From the NCBI GenBank assembly GCA_013694995.1, contig JACDBH010000004.1, positions 128,995 to 192,994 on the forward strand: a DNA stretch of 64,000 bases, written 5' to 3'. The notes beneath the pieces were generated by a model, which worked only from the letters and a program-made list of their open reading frames with translations, did no database searches and had not been told where the DNA came from. The position numbers were made by a program, and so were the translations under genes. Shown piece by piece: positions 54,031 through 63,795 of this stretch (position 1 is its first letter; the number at the start of each line of letters is the position of its first letter). This DNA is from Candidatus Saccharimonadota bacterium. Lineage in GTDB: Bacteria; Patescibacteriota; Saccharimonadia; Saccharimonadales; JACDBH01.

Positions 54031-54597
54031 ATGGGCGACGTTCAAGACCCTACCCCAACTCCTGATTCCCGGGGCCGCAGGTATATAAAAAATATTATGA
54101 AGCGACCGAAACCAATCAAAGGATTTAAGACATTCATTAATCGCCGCCGTCCGGCAATTAATGAAGTTGTTCGTGAGCCAACTGCTGGCGGCATAGTTTT
54201 CCGCCATGCTAAAAATGGCACAGATGTGGAATTCTTACTCATCCAGGACGCCAAAAACCGTTGGACCATACCAAAAGGTCATATAGAAGAAGGTGAAGAC
54301 TCAAAGCAAACTGCTGAACGCGAGATACAGGAAGAAACTGGGCTCCAAGAGATGGAACTCCTGCAATGGCTGGGGAAGATTAACTTCCGATACCGTCGGC
54401 AAACCAGTCTGGTACTAATGACAACAGAAATCTTTTTGGTTCGGGCTAAAGGCGATAGCGACAAGCTCCAAGCTGAAGATTGGATGAACGACTGTAAATG
54501 GCTTCATTCTAGGGACGCACTTGATAAAATAGAGTACGATGACATTGGAAAATTGATGCTTGTCGCACTGTCCAAAATACGTAAAGGCAAGCTGTAA
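54031..54597 (+). CDS. Nudix hydrolase
   Basis: The Nudix box is GHIEEGEDSKQTAEREIQEETG. Confidence 0.8.
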   Translation: MGDVQDPTPTPDSRGRRYIKNIMKRPKPIKGFKTFINRRRPAINEVVREPTAGGIVFRHAKNGTDVEFLLIQDAKNRWTIPKGHIEEGEDSKQTAEREIQEETGLQEMELLQWLGKINFRYRRQTSLVLMTTEIFLVRAKGDSDKLQAEDWMNDCKWLHSRDALDKIEYDDIGKLMLVALSKIRKGKL

Positions 54598-54599
54598 AT

Positions 54600-55301
54600 A
54601 TGCAGGACATTACCAGTTACCAGGCATTTGCTTTAGAAAAACTGAATGTAGAATTCAGCGACATAGGCTTACTAATCACCTCATTAACCCATCGTTCTTA
54701 TGTCAACGAGCACCGATCAACCGTAAAAGATCACAATGAGCGGCTAGAGTTTCTGGGGGATGCAGTACTAGAGCTAGTTGTTACGGAATATTTATACACT
54801 AACTACAAGGAGCCTGAAGGCATACTTACCAACTGGCGCAGTGCTTTAGTGCGAACCGAGAGTATTAGTGCAGCCGCCAGCGCCTTAGGTTTTGAACCAT
54901 TCTTGCGACTTTCTAGGGGAGAAAAACGAGGCACCGAACGTGCCCGAGCCCAAATTTTAGCTAACAGCTTTGAAGCTGTTATAGGCGCAATTTATATAGA
55001 TAAAGGTTACGATGCAGCAAAGGAACTTATTGATAATACAATTCTAAGTACTTTTGCAAAAATTCTAGAAACTGGCTCATGGTTGGATGCTAAATCACGA
55101 GTACAGGAACTAGCCCAGAGCGTTCTTAGTTTTACGCCGTCCTACAAAGTTTTAGCAGAGGATGGTCCGGACCACGACAAGATGTTTACTGTAGGTGTCT
55201 ACATTGACACAAAACTGTATGGCAAAGGAAATGGCCCCAGCAAGCAAGCCGCTCAGCAGGCAGCAGCAGAAAAAGCCCTTAAAAAACTAGAAAAAAGTTA
55301 G
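54600..55301 (+). CDS. rnc: ribonuclease III
   Basis: The catalytic signature is NERLEFLGDAVLELVV, followed by a C-terminal dsRBD (GPDHDKMF...G.G.SKQAAQQAAA). Confidence 0.9.
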   Translation: MQDITSYQAFALEKLNVEFSDIGLLITSLTHRSYVNEHRSTVKDHNERLEFLGDAVLELVVTEYLYTNYKEPEGILTNWRSALVRTESISAAASALGFEPFLRLSRGEKRGTERARAQILANSFEAVIGAIYIDKGYDAAKELIDNTILSTFAKILETGSWLDAKSRVQELAQSVLSFTPSYKVLAEDGPDHDKMFTVGVYIDTKLYGKGNGPSKQAAQQAAAEKALKKLEKS

Positions 55302-55338
55302 TTTTATAATTAATTGATTTTGTTTCATTTCATATCTG

Positions 55339-55367
55339 TTGACAGATAAGATTTATATCTGTAGAAT
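55339..55367 (+). promoter_or_regulatory. sigma70-like promoter TTGACA-17-TAGAAT upstream of rpsP
   Basis: TTGACA at 55339-55344, TAGAAT at 55362-55367. Palindrome ATCTGTTGACAGAT overlaps the -35. Confidence 0.55.
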
Positions 55368-55439
55368 AGGTAAGACTTTTAGGTGATAATATAACATCCC
55401 GCTCCAACAGGCGGTTAGAAAGATAAATTTAAAGCTCAA

Positions 55440-55928
55440 ATGCTCGCTATCCGCATGCAACGAACCGGCCGCAAAGGCCATGCCCAGTTCCGCTTAATAG
55501 TCCAGGAATCTCGCCGCTCTCCTAAGAGCGGTAACATTGTATTTGCTCTAGGCAGCTACGATCCACACAGTAAACAGATTCAAGTTGATAAAGAAAAAGC
55601 AAGCTTCTATTTAGAGCATGGCGCTCAGCCTTCTCCTCGTGTTGCGATTTTGTTGCAAAAAGAAGGCGTTAAAATGCCGAAATGGGTTGAGATAGAACAG
55701 ACTAAAAAGCGTACAATAAAGAACTCAACTAAACTACGTCGTAACCGTCCAGCGGATGAAAAGCCGGCGGATGAATCGGTCACAGAGCTGGCCAATGCGG
55801 TTACTACCGACGAGAAAAAACCTGCCGAATCTGATACGGAAGCTCAGGCACCTGAAGAGACTGCCGCTGAAACCACAGTTGAAGTACCTAAAGAAACAAC
55901 CAAAGAAGCATCTGAGGAAACTGCCTAA
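55440..55928 (+). CDS. rpsP: 30S ribosomal protein S16 with Glu/Thr/Ala-rich C-terminal extension
   Basis: MLAIRMQRTGRKGHAQFRLIVQESRRSPKSG matches the S16 N-terminus. Confidence 0.9.
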   Translation: MLAIRMQRTGRKGHAQFRLIVQESRRSPKSGNIVFALGSYDPHSKQIQVDKEKASFYLEHGAQPSPRVAILLQKEGVKMPKWVEIEQTKKRTIKNSTKLRRNRPADEKPADESVTELANAVTTDEKKPAESDTEAQAPEETAAETTVEVPKETTKEASEETA

Positions 55929-56008
55929 CCTGCAAAATAAGCACGAGCATTTTTCTAAGTTGTTTTGTATAATTAGGTTATACCACTAACCTAAAGGAGT
56001 GACCGTAC

Positions 56009-56479
56009 ATGAATAATAGTATTGACCAGCAATTTATTGAATATATAGTCAAATCTCTTGTTGGCAACCCAGATAAAGTGTCCTTAGAACGACGCATTGA
56101 TGAAAAGGGTGTGTTACTAGAGCTAACAGTTGATCCGGAAGATCTCGGCCGGGTAATAGGCAAACGTGGTGCGACTGCCCAGAGTTTACGCACACTGCTG
56201 CGGGCACTTGGTACTAAGAATGATGCTCGTTATAACTTAAAGATTGTTGATAATGGTGAACCACGACCGCCTCGCGACACTAACTCGCAAGCCTCAGGTG
56301 ATGACGGAAATTGGGGCACATCCGATGATACACCCACAGATAACCCGGCTGCAGTTGCGCCCGTGTTGACCAGCGACGAACTTGATCTTGATGATGATAA
56401 AGCTGAACCTGAAGAAAATGGCGATAAAATGTCCAAAGCCCGTAAGGAACTAGAAGATTTAGACGACCTTGATATCTAA
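56009..56479 (+). CDS. KH-domain RNA-binding protein (YlqC/UPF0109-like) with acidic tail
   Basis: LELTVDPEDLGRVIGKRGATAQSLRTLL contains the KH GxxG loop. Conserved position between rpsP and trmD. Confidence 0.75.
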   Translation: MNNSIDQQFIEYIVKSLVGNPDKVSLERRIDEKGVLLELTVDPEDLGRVIGKRGATAQSLRTLLRALGTKNDARYNLKIVDNGEPRPPRDTNSQASGDDGNWGTSDDTPTDNPAAVAPVLTSDELDLDDDKAEPEENGDKMSKARKELEDLDDLDI

Positions 56480-56492
56480 CTAATAAATAAAC

Positions 56493-57134
56493 ATGAAAAT
56501 ACAGATAATTACCTTGTTTCCTCCGATGTTTGAGGGGGTACTAGGTAACAGTATGCTGTGGAAGGCGCAAGACCGTGGTATTGTGGAATATTCAATTATA
56601 GATTTGCGTCAGTTTGGATTGGGCAGTCGAAGGACAGTAGATGATACGCCATATGGGGGTGGTGACGGCATGCTACTAAAGCCCGAGCCGATCGTGGCCG
56701 CAATCGAACAAGCAAAGAAGCATGATCCGGATGCGCACGTTTTACTGCCTACTCCGCGCGGAAAGCTATATAAACAATCAGAGGCAAAACGACTAGCCGC
56801 TGATACAAACGGCCTCATAATCGTATGTCCGCGATACGAAGGCTATGATGAGCGCATAACCAAATGGGTAGACGAACAGCTCTGCATTGGCAATTATGTG
56901 CTGACAGGCGGGGAAATCCCAGCCATGATAATTATAGATAGTGTAGTCAGGTTATTGCCCGGTGTATTAGGCGGCGAGACCTCGGTCGAGGTTGAATCAT
57001 TTCAAGATGATGATAAAAGTGTTGAATTCCCTCAATACACCCGCCCGGAAATGTTCGAGGGAATTAAAGTGCCGGACGTACTTTTAAACGGCAACCACGG
57101 CGAAATTGCCAAATGGCGCAAAGCACAACAATGA
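56493..57134 (+). CDS. trmD: tRNA (guanine37-N1)-methyltransferase
   Basis: IITLFPPMFEG, VDDTPYGGGDGMLLKPEP and C-terminal LLNGNHGEIAKWR. Confidence 0.9.
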   Translation: MKIQIITLFPPMFEGVLGNSMLWKAQDRGIVEYSIIDLRQFGLGSRRTVDDTPYGGGDGMLLKPEPIVAAIEQAKKHDPDAHVLLPTPRGKLYKQSEAKRLAADTNGLIIVCPRYEGYDERITKWVDEQLCIGNYVLTGGEIPAMIIIDSVVRLLPGVLGGETSVEVESFQDDDKSVEFPQYTRPEMFEGIKVPDVLLNGNHGEIAKWRKAQQ

Positions 57135-57141
57135 TCTTAAC

Positions 57142-58251
57142 CTAGACAGTAGACTTTATGCGCAGCATCAAATCTTCCACGAGATTCCGCATGCCGTGGC
57201 GTGATCTTGCCGATCGGGGATGGGACTCTATTACTTTATGATAAGCTTCAACGTATTGCTGGGACATATTTTTATAATTAAACAATTGGCGTGCCCTGTT
57301 GGCTATATATGTCCTGTCCATCTTAAAACACTCTTCGATGTTGTTACGTCCTTCAATAAAATCCTCAACCAACATTCCTGTCCTTGAAGGTTCTATCAGT
57401 TCTGGCATAGAACCACGGGCAGTTGCCAGTGTAGGCGTTCCGCAGTAAGCAGCTTCCAGTACTGTCAGGCCGAATGGTTCGCGGAAGTTGGTTGGGTGCA
57501 GGTTGCAGCGGGCTTTACTAACAAGTTCTACTTTTGCATCAAAATCTAACTCACCTAAATACTCAACTAGAGGATGGCTTAAGTACTTTTCAATTTCTTC
57601 AATAAAATAGCCTTCGCCCTTAAAGTCAATTTTACCCGCAAGCTTGATTTTTATACCCATGCTAAGAGCTAGCTGTATAGCTAAATGCGGGTTTTTATCC
57701 CGATCAAATCTTCCCAAAAAGCATACGTAATCCTCTGGCTCAGTAATTATAGGAAATTCGGCAGGATTTTCGCCGTTATAAACGACGCCGACATAATTTA
57801 ACTCGGGAAATGCCGCCTGCTGATTCTTTGAAATCGAGGCAAAATTTAAATTCTTACGCTTAGTATAATAATCTACATGTTCGAACTCAATCATATTATG
57901 GAGGGTTGTAATGTTGGGGAAGTTTTTAAAAGCGGTAAGGTCATAACCGTGAGAATGAATAATATCGATTGTTGGCAACAATTCTCGCAGTTTCTTAGCT
58001 GTTATACGGAAGGCTTTTTGCTCAAGAAGCTTATGCGCCTTTAAGCCAGCCTTTGTTTTTGGGAAAAACAGGGCTTTTTCGACTATCGGGACAATTTCAC
58101 AATCTACTTTCGAGTCACCAGGTCCTAAAAGGATCGGGACATGACCAGCTTCTTTTAATCCATTGATTAAGTAGTATATAACTTGCTCTGTTCCGCCATA
58201 CTTAACAGGCGGCACCGGTACATACGGGCCCGCTACAATTGCAACACGCAT
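57142..58251 (-). CDS. glycosyltransferase family 4
   Basis: MRVAIVAGPYVPVPPVKYGGTEQV N-terminus and the GT-B C-terminal E.FGLTVLEA...G.P motif. ATG at 58251 with AAGGA upstream. Confidence 0.75.
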   Translation of the reverse strand: MRVAIVAGPYVPVPPVKYGGTEQVIYYLINGLKEAGHVPILLGPGDSKVDCEIVPIVEKALFFPKTKAGLKAHKLLEQKAFRITAKKLRELLPTIDIIHSHGYDLTAFKNFPNITTLHNMIEFEHVDYYTKRKNLNFASISKNQQAAFPELNYVGVVYNGENPAEFPIITEPEDYVCFLGRFDRDKNPHLAIQLALSMGIKIKLAGKIDFKGEGYFIEEIEKYLSHPLVEYLGELDFDAKVELVSKARCNLHPTNFREPFGLTVLEAAYCGTPTLATARGSMPELIEPSRTGMLVEDFIEGRNNIEECFKMDRTYIANRARQLFNYKNMSQQYVEAYHKVIESHPRSARSRHGMRNLVEDLMLRIKSTV

Positions 58252-58334
58252 GAACAAAATTCCTTAACTTCAAGTCTTAGCACACATATCATTATACTCT
58301 ATAAAACATGTTTCAGGGCTGTAAGAATTTTAAC

Positions 58335-59867
58335 TCATTTGCTTTTGGTCAGCCTATATCCGTATGTCGGATAGCGAGCCCAAAGTGCTATAGGGTTAAG
58401 GTAGAGGCCAACTTTAGGCAGTTTTGCGAGAACTTTTTTTTCGAATGACTTCTGCCAGGCTGACTGTTTTGCTTGTTCGTTTATAATAACCCTGTCTTTT
58501 AGCTGATAGTTCATGATTGCAATGATTGCCGAAACAGTCCAGGCTTGGATACGTTCCGGATTGTTGGTACTATCCACTAACATCAGCTCACCGTGCGTAT
58601 GCGAACTTGGCGAGCTTGCAAGCACGCGCCCGAGCAGATCAACATAAAGGAATTCTGGATATTCCCTGGTCTTTAAGTACACGTTAAGCAAACGGTTTTC
58701 TAGTTGGTATGCAAGCTTTGTTAATCCTTGCCGGCGCAAGCCTTTGGCTATATCATAGGTTTCTTTTGGCCAGGATACGTATGAGCCGTGGTAATCCCAG
58801 AATTCTATCAAATGAGCCGCGCTTAAAGCTCGGCTGCGGATACCGGCATCCGTTACAAAATCGCTGCTCATGATATATTCCACTAATGCCTCAATAAAAT
58901 TATGGCGTTTTTCGGCTGGCAATTCATTAAAAAATTCCGTATCCAATAGGGCCGCGGGGTTAGCAGTACGTGTCTTAATAATTCGTAGCTTGCCTTCAGG
59001 ACTAAAGTCCGTGCCAAGCGCAAAATAGTTGCGGTCTTTTAGCCATAATAGTTCGATCGTACGATCACGTAAGTTCTTTGCCGCCGCAATATATTTAGGG
59101 GCTGATTCCGGGAAAAATATAGCCGCCGCCATTAACCCATCATAAGTAATACCCTGTACTTCAATTGAGCCTATAGGCGCCGAATGATTAGCTAGCTGTT
59201 TGTCTTCATGGACATAAAACTCATCCGAATCTTTCCATACCTGGTTTAGTATCCCATGCGGATTGGCTCTTTTATACTCGAGTAAGCCGGTTTGGGAACT
59301 GTCAAGCTTGTCCATGATCCACTGAACTGCCTGAGCTGCGACATCGTGCATAGTAGTTATTTTGCCGTTTCTCAACGAAATTTTACTTTCTAATATTTTT
59401 GGTCCCTTCATTTCGCAGTACCGGCCTAATGTACGTAAAAAATGCGGTGTCGGATCGATAGCACCGTAGTATGCCATTTCTTTTTCATTGCCGCCCCACT
59501 TTTCTGAAAGACTCTTAAAAATACTCATGGATGTATCATCTATCGACTTGCCGTCAACGATTACATTCCTGTACTCATGGATTATTTTACCTGGCTCTTC
59601 TTCGTTTATTTTATTGTGTGTTTGGCCTTGTAGGCTTGCAAGCGTAGTAAGGATATTAACGACAAGGCGTGGCTTTATCATCATAAGATCCTCTGCGACT
59701 TCTAACGAATCGCGGCCGAATATAGCACCCTTGAATAAAGTGTCAGAACTTGCATATACTCCAGAGCCAGATTTAGATGTCACGCTACGTAGTGCTAGGG
59801 AAGGTATAACTAATGCATTTTGCATCTTCGGCAGAATATTTTTTAACAACTTTACGTTTTGTGCCAT
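58335..59867 (-). CDS. amylo-alpha-1,6-glucosidase / glycogen-debranching-like (alpha/alpha)6-barrel protein
   Basis: GAIFGRDSLEVAEDL block typical of archaeal-type GDE_C proteins. 510 aa. Confidence 0.5.
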   Translation of the reverse strand: MAQNVKLLKNILPKMQNALVIPSLALRSVTSKSGSGVYASSDTLFKGAIFGRDSLEVAEDLMMIKPRLVVNILTTLASLQGQTHNKINEEEPGKIIHEYRNVIVDGKSIDDTSMSIFKSLSEKWGGNEKEMAYYGAIDPTPHFLRTLGRYCEMKGPKILESKISLRNGKITTMHDVAAQAVQWIMDKLDSSQTGLLEYKRANPHGILNQVWKDSDEFYVHEDKQLANHSAPIGSIEVQGITYDGLMAAAIFFPESAPKYIAAAKNLRDRTIELLWLKDRNYFALGTDFSPEGKLRIIKTRTANPAALLDTEFFNELPAEKRHNFIEALVEYIMSSDFVTDAGIRSRALSAAHLIEFWDYHGSYVSWPKETYDIAKGLRRQGLTKLAYQLENRLLNVYLKTREYPEFLYVDLLGRVLASSPSSHTHGELMLVDSTNNPERIQAWTVSAIIAIMNYQLKDRVIINEQAKQSAWQKSFEKKVLAKLPKVGLYLNPIALWARYPTYGYRLTKSK

Positions 59868-60009
59868 ATACTCATTCTAACTGCTATAGTTATCATAAAA
59901 AAACGAAATACCTAACATTCGTACATTAATAAACCTGTTAAAATATGCCCCCATCTGTTAAAATTGTCCCGAAAGTCATTATTTACAAATTCGCGAGAGG
60001 AATCGCAAA

Positions 60010-60101
60010 TTTGAGTGGGGAAGGCTTGCTGAGGTTGCTACTTTTGCCGAGTAAATTTATTTTGTCGGCAAATATGTAACCGCAGCATCACACTTCGACG
60101 A
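60010..60101 (+). promoter_or_regulatory. conserved pre-tRNA leader module, copy 4 (59-nt hairpin 60028-60086)
   Basis: TTTGAGTGGGGAAGGCTT, hairpin GCTG..GTTGC..TTGCCGA-loop GTAAATTTATTTTG-TCGGCAA..GTAAC..CAGC, then ATCACACTTCGACGA. Confidence 0.7.
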
Positions 60102-60175
60102 TGGGGATTGGCCAAGTGGTAAGGCAGTGGATTCTGGTTCCACGATCGGGGGTTCGAATCCCTCATCCCCAGCCA
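60102..60175 (+). tRNA. tRNA-Gln(CTG), CCA encoded
   Basis: U1:A72 acceptor TGGGGAT/ATCCCCA, anticodon arm GTGGA-TTCTGGT-TCCAC, T arm GGGGG-TTCGAAT-CCCTC, discriminator G. Confidence 0.85.
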
Positions 60176-60184
60176 AATAAAAAT

Positions 60185-60207
60185 GACCTCAGTCGAGGTT
60201 TTTTTAT
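60185..60207 (+). terminator. rho-independent terminator after tRNA-Gln
   Basis: GACCTC-AGTC-GAGGTT followed by TTTTTTT. Confidence 0.7.
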
Positions 60208-60390
60208 TTGTTCGTGACAGAGTTTGTGCGTACGAGAATGTCCAGTGGGACATTCCCCGACCCGTAGCCCTAAACCAATTGGATTTGAGGTGGCTTTCGA
60301 ACTTAATTTTAATTTGCTTGTCAGGCTAATCTTTCTATAAAATAGAATACACAAAATGACATCTAATAAGCTGAAACTTTTTACTATAGG

Positions 60391-61077
60391 TTAGTAAACA
60401 GTAGTATCTCTTTGGTGTGCTATGTAGGCGTTAGTAGGAAGTGAAGTTGGTTCAGTTAAGGGTATGGGTACGCGCGATCTTAATAGCGTGTTCTGGGCAA
60501 ATTGAGCAGTCGGATCAGCTCCACGGTGAATTTCGCCTTCGAAAGATATCGCGAGGTTCTCAATTCGTATTCTGCTGCCGTATATGAAGTACCATGGCGT
60601 AGGCACAGTCGCCTCGTACCCAGAAGGCTGTATGAATTCACTTAGAATAGGCACTGCATTTGAGCCGCCACCTATGCGTCGATAGGCAAAGCTCTCAATT
60701 GGGTTTTGCCCTTCTTTCCACCCATCTTCCGGTGGTCTACCGTCAAATACGTAAGCAACAGCTCTTGCGGGTGGCCCATCTATAAGTAAGGCGTGTTTAC
60801 TCGTGCAGCGAGCAAGATCGTTTACGAATTGGCAATCACGGGTTATCGTTGCAGTATCTATATTACCTAGATAATTTTTAATCTCAACATAGCGACCAAC
60901 GGCAGATAAGAAAAAATCAGGATTATACTTTCTACCGTCCGGAAACTCTACTGTAACTGGTTCATAACTGTATCTTATCTTGACTTGGCTCATCAACCGA
61001 GCCCATAAAGCTTCAGCTTGAGATCTGTAAGTCTGGTTGTTGTAAGTATACGGAATTGCTAACTCATAGTCTGTCAT
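60391..61077 (-). CDS. hypothetical protein with PD-(D/E)xK-like nuclease motif
   Basis: E..(~25 aa)..YNPDFFL..(8 aa)..YVEIK resembles the TnsA/Vsr-type restriction-endonuclease fold. Confidence 0.4.
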   Translation of the reverse strand: MTDYELAIPYTYNNQTYRSQAEALWARLMSQVKIRYSYEPVTVEFPDGRKYNPDFFLSAVGRYVEIKNYLGNIDTATITRDCQFVNDLARCTSKHALLIDGPPARAVAYVFDGRPPEDGWKEGQNPIESFAYRRIGGGSNAVPILSEFIQPSGYEATVPTPWYFIYGSRIRIENLAISFEGEIHRGADPTAQFAQNTLLRSRVPIPLTEPTSLPTNAYIAHQRDTTVY

Positions 61078-61225
61078 AAACGACTATTATATAACTAAAT
61101 AATAATCACGACAATATTAATACTAAACTCAACAGTCAGAGGACTTTACTATAGAATATTCATAATAGACTGTAATCACAGAGTTGCGAAGTATGTCCAC
61201 TAGCCCCAGCCAAATTACCTAAATA

Positions 61226-62014
61226 TCAGTAAATGTAGGTAAAGTAATTTGCCGGCAAAGTACGTTCTGTCTTTGTATACAAACTTTGATAATTCATCTC
61301 ACTAATAGTGACTGTATTATCGCTATTAACACGTTCAACATAGACAACATGCATGTTGCGTTGGCCAACAGCACCGGCTCTAGGCACAGAACCTGTGGCG
61401 ATTCCCTGTGAAGCCGCTCGGCTTACCCACGTGTCTGCATTACCTAAATTATTAGGTAAATCAGGTCGTCTGTTTTTTACATACCACGTACAGTAACCGG
61501 GCGTGTAAAGGTTACCTGCAGAAGAACCTGTTGATGTACTTACAGGCCTTGTGGTAACTGCTGATTTTGCAACAGAATTTACTGCAGATGTGGCTGGCTT
61601 AGTTACCTCAGGTTTTGCTGTTTGTGCAAGAGTAGGCGTTTGCACTGGGAGCGTGCGTTCTGTTAGCGCTTCATCATGAGTGGGAATAATTAATTCTTGC
61701 CCAACCGTAATGATGTCGGGGTGCTTAACAGTTTCATTCTTATCAAATATTCGCTTCCATGTAGTTTCGTATTTTTTGGCTACAGTACTAAGTGAATCAT
61801 TTTTAAGTACGGCGTATTTGACTTCAGTAGTTTCTGCTTTCGGCTCTGGGGTTTTAATAGTGCTACTGTCGAGCGTAGCTATAACCAGCGGCTGGGATAC
61901 AGATAGTTTTTTATCATTTGATTGAGAAATTTCTAATGCTTTTACACTTGTGGTCGAGCTAATTACGGCAATAAAAGTAAATATGGACAAACCTGCTAAT
62001 GCGGATTTATGCAT
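61226..62014 (-). CDS. secreted LysM + CHAP peptidoglycan hydrolase
   Basis: Signal peptide. LysM segment YAVLKNDSLSTVAKKYETTWKRIFDKNE...GQELIIP. CHAP segment GYCTWYV...(H)VVYVE. Confidence 0.75.
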   Translation of the reverse strand: MHKSALAGLSIFTFIAVISSTTSVKALEISQSNDKKLSVSQPLVIATLDSSTIKTPEPKAETTEVKYAVLKNDSLSTVAKKYETTWKRIFDKNETVKHPDIITVGQELIIPTHDEALTERTLPVQTPTLAQTAKPEVTKPATSAVNSVAKSAVTTRPVSTSTGSSAGNLYTPGYCTWYVKNRRPDLPNNLGNADTWVSRAASQGIATGSVPRAGAVGQRNMHVVYVERVNSDNTVTISEMNYQSLYTKTERTLPANYFTYIY

Positions 62015-62586
62015 TAATAATAACCCTCCTCAGGATTTAAAACTCAAACAACTACAAACGTAGGTCACTTAGATTTATAGAAATGTAGCTTTTTGCTGTA
62101 ACCATACATTAAGTCATATCTAGTTGAGCTGTTTCCTGGCTGTATGAATATACAGTAAGTTCCATCGCCAATAGAAAGATAACTTTGTATGTAATTTACG
62201 TTTTTGTCGTTTGAATTAAACGGGTTGGATTAAAGCCAATGACCCGCTTTTGTATCTCTCCACTTCACACGAACAGATACAAGTTAATATGCTACAGGCA
62301 TAAAATAAAAAGTCAAGCTTTACAGATAGTCAAAATGCTTATGCCTTAATACAAAAAATCGTATTAGCTTTTATTGTCGCAGTTGAAGTACATCTACTGG
62401 ACACCATATTTATCAATGCATTAGCAAAAGTGAAATAACGCCAAGTTATCGCTGCGCAAGTCGTGAATAGGTGTTATGAAGCCAAGTGCTGGTAGATTAT
62501 GGTGTAAGTTTTTTAAGAAAGCGTAACTCTCAGATGTAATGCTGTATTAAGTCGAACTATTGCTAAAAGCTTGAACTAGGAATTAA

Positions 62587-63795
62587 ATGGAGCTATTAGA
62601 TAAAAGAACTTTTATGTGTGAAATTGAAAACACCCCAAGCGCATCCAATTTTATAGTAGCCCCATTGACCGATCCCTTTGCTTTATACCGACAGGAAGAA
62701 CAGGACGGGCGAACAATCTATAGTGCCGGATTCCCAAGCTATCCCGCTAATTTTTCACGGGATACGTTTCTAGCGGGTATTATCGCTGGCCGGTCAGATA
62801 TCTTAAGCTCGCAGCTTGAATACAGCGCGGCGTACCAGGGTAAGGTTAAAGATCCGGTTACGGGAGAATCTCCTGGTAGGATTCACCACGAACAACCTGG
62901 AGCTCAACTTGTAGGCCGGGAAGGTTTATACACTACATATAACGCGTGTGATACCACTAGCCTTTTTTTAATCGCATGCGAGCATCTAGCTGATCTTGAC
63001 AGATTTGCATCTGATAAGTTTATGGCTAGCAAAAGAAACAGTATTGAAAGCGCTGTCGAGCATATTCAGGAGCAACTCGACGAAGACAAGTTTTATCGAG
63101 AGTGCCCACCTGTCGGCAGCGATATGTACTCATTAAGAGTCACTTACTGGAAAGATTCAATCTTGCCAAATAAAAATAGCAAACTGGAACCTATTTATCC
63201 GGTAACTTATCCTCTGGCACATTTCATTGCGGCGCGTGGTCTTTTAAGTGCCAGTCGTATGCTCAATAAACGAAGCATTGCAACAATTGCTAGCGAAATG
63301 TTTGCTAATGGAATACGAAATTTCATCAGGCCAGGTGGTTATATGGTCTATGAAGACGCCGAAGAGAGAGTTTGGCAGGAGTCATCGGATGAACTGCATT
63401 CTTTAGCTTACATACCTGTCCGATACAATAAGTTACTGCCCAAAACAGACATACTGAGGCGATCCGAAATATTAAAAACTGCCATAGGCTATATGTGTAC
63501 CCCTTCTGAAGTAGCTATTCATCTTAGTGATGGTTATCATGGGGATGTTGTATGGGTGTTTGAACAAGCCCTGATATATTATGGTGCAACTAAATTCGAC
63601 ATGGGCCGGATAGCTACTGTTGCCGCACAGGTAGCACCATATATAGGAGAAGGTCAGGAACTCTTTAAGGTAATCGAAACAGAAGTTGGCAATATCGAGA
63701 TTATACCAAAAGGTAATAATTGTCAGCTTTGGTCTGTAGCCGCCGCCACATACTTCGCGGGACGTTCTGCTTTAGCTAAAAGGTCGCTGCTATAA
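62587..63795 (+). CDS. hypothetical protein, possibly (alpha/alpha)6-barrel glycosidase-like
   Basis: ANFSRDTFLAGII is analogous to the FGRD block of 58335-59867. Weak call. Confidence 0.35.
   Translation: MELLDKRTFMCEIENTPSASNFIVAPLTDPFALYRQEEQDGRTIYSAGFPSYPANFSRDTFLAGIIAGRSDILSSQLEYSAAYQGKVKDPVTGESPGRIHHEQPGAQLVGREGLYTTYNACDTTSLFLIACEHLADLDRFASDKFMASKRNSIESAVEHIQEQLDEDKFYRECPPVGSDMYSLRVTYWKDSILPNKNSKLEPIYPVTYPLAHFIAARGLLSASRMLNKRSIATIASEMFANGIRNFIRPGGYMVYEDAEERVWQESSDELHSLAYIPVRYNKLLPKTDILRRSEILKTAIGYMCTPSEVAIHLSDGYHGDVVWVFEQALIYYGATKFDMGRIATVAAQVAPYIGEGQELFKVIETEVGNIEIIPKGNNCQLWSVAAATYFAGRSALAKRSLL

Noticed and set aside
60038-60354. Track ORFs 60038-60253 (-) and 60163-60354 (-)
   Set aside because: They are antisense to tRNA-Gln, its leader and its terminator.
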